This document shows positions 63,370-64,000 of a stretch of 64,000 nucleotides of DNA, one piece after another. Location: assembly GCA_965207885.1 (NCBI GenBank), contig OZ242311.1, positions 3,648,001-3,712,000 on the forward strand. Direction: 5' to 3'. The notes beneath the pieces are model-generated. The model did not search any database and was not told where the DNA came from. It was given only the letters and a program-made list of their open reading frames with translations. Position numbers and translations under genes: made by a program. This DNA comes from Candidatus Latescibacterota bacterium (GTDB lineage: Bacteria > Latescibacterota > UBA2968). Every line of letters begins with the position of its first letter. The stretch's first letter is position 1.

Positions 63370-64000
63370 TTATACAATTCTAAAATAGTCGATGAGGGCA
63401 CAGCGGCGCTGGCGGGTAAATGTGCGGGCAGACGTGCAGCCTTCGCCGGTGGGTGTGGCAATAGAGAAAGACGTATAGCCTTCGCCACCTGCGCCCAATC
63501 CCGCAGATGACGCGCCGTTTTTCACAAAAATCGTACACTTACACTGGCGAGCCATAACCGTCATATTCTCGACATTTTTCGAATGCATGACCGCCGTGTG
63601 GCGATACCCCTGTTCGGCCCGAATAGCCCAGTCAATTGCCCTGTGTACATCGGGTGTGCGAACAATGGGGACAAACGGCATCATCTGCTCGTGTTGAACA
63701 AAATCGTGCTCATTTTCAACCTCGCCAATCAAAAGCTCTGTATCGGGCGAAATATTGAGACCAATTTGGGCAGCAAGCACATGCGCGCTGCGACCAACGA
63801 GGTCCCGATTGAGCATCCAATCGCCTTTTTCGTCGCGGGGAAACGCGATTTTGGTCAGTGCATCAATTTGCGACCGGTCGAGTTCCACACAATTATTTGC
63901 CTTCAAGTGGCGCATTAGTTCATCGGCCACGGATTGAACTGCAAAAACTTCCTTTTCGCCAATACACAAAATATTATTGTCAAAACCGCCGCCTTCAATA
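63370..64000 (-). CDS. CoA-acylating aldehyde dehydrogenase (EutE/PduP-like), 5' part outside the window
   Basis: FDNNILCIGEKE, EQMMP, HTAVMHS, FVKNG, G.GGEGYTSFSIATPTGEG, FTRQRRC. Confidence 0.92.
   Translation of the reverse strand, partial: IEGGGFDNNILCIGEKEVFAVQSVADELMRHLKANNCVELDRSQIDALTKIAFPRDEKGDWMLNRDLVGRSAHVLAAQIGLNISPDTELLIGEVENEHDFVQHEQMMPFVPIVRTPDVHRAIDWAIRAEQGYRHTAVMHSKNVENMTVMARQCKCTIFVKNGASSAGLGAGGEGYTSFSIATPTGEGCTSARTFTRQRRCALIDYFRIV

Overview
Bacterial chromosomal window; protein similarity suggests an FCB/Gemmatimonadota/Latescibacterota-like organism (inference only). Layout: (i) 1-9774, a tandemly duplicated two-gene module (BlaR1/M56-like membrane protein ending in a TlpA-type thioredoxin domain, frameshifted in both copies, plus a secreted TPR-GWxTD protein with variable inserts). 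(ii) 9811-13139, galK and a fused galE-galT. (iii) greA with a terminator-containing leader. (iv) 14018-43295, an uninterrupted minus-strand tRNA-secE-nusG-rplKAJL-rpoBC-str-S10-spc-alpha supercluster (40 proteins, 4 tRNAs), with unusual residues in the RpoB rifamycin pocket and the S12 decoding loop. (v) A TIM-barrel sugar isomerase, a membrane protein, and a plant-type cystathionine gamma-synthase behind a SAM-II riboswitch with two terminators, next to a plant-type threonine synthase. (vi) bat genes, DUF4340 and GldG-like genes. (vii) The distal part of a PVM-like bacterial microcompartment operon that also carries a sulfatase, an MFS transporter and an enolase-superfamily enzyme. The most notable candidates are the plant-like SAM-controlled Thr/Met branch point, the duplicated redox/GWxTD module, the GalE-GalT fusion and the sulfatase-linked microcompartment. 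No CRISPR array, rRNA or transposase was seen.
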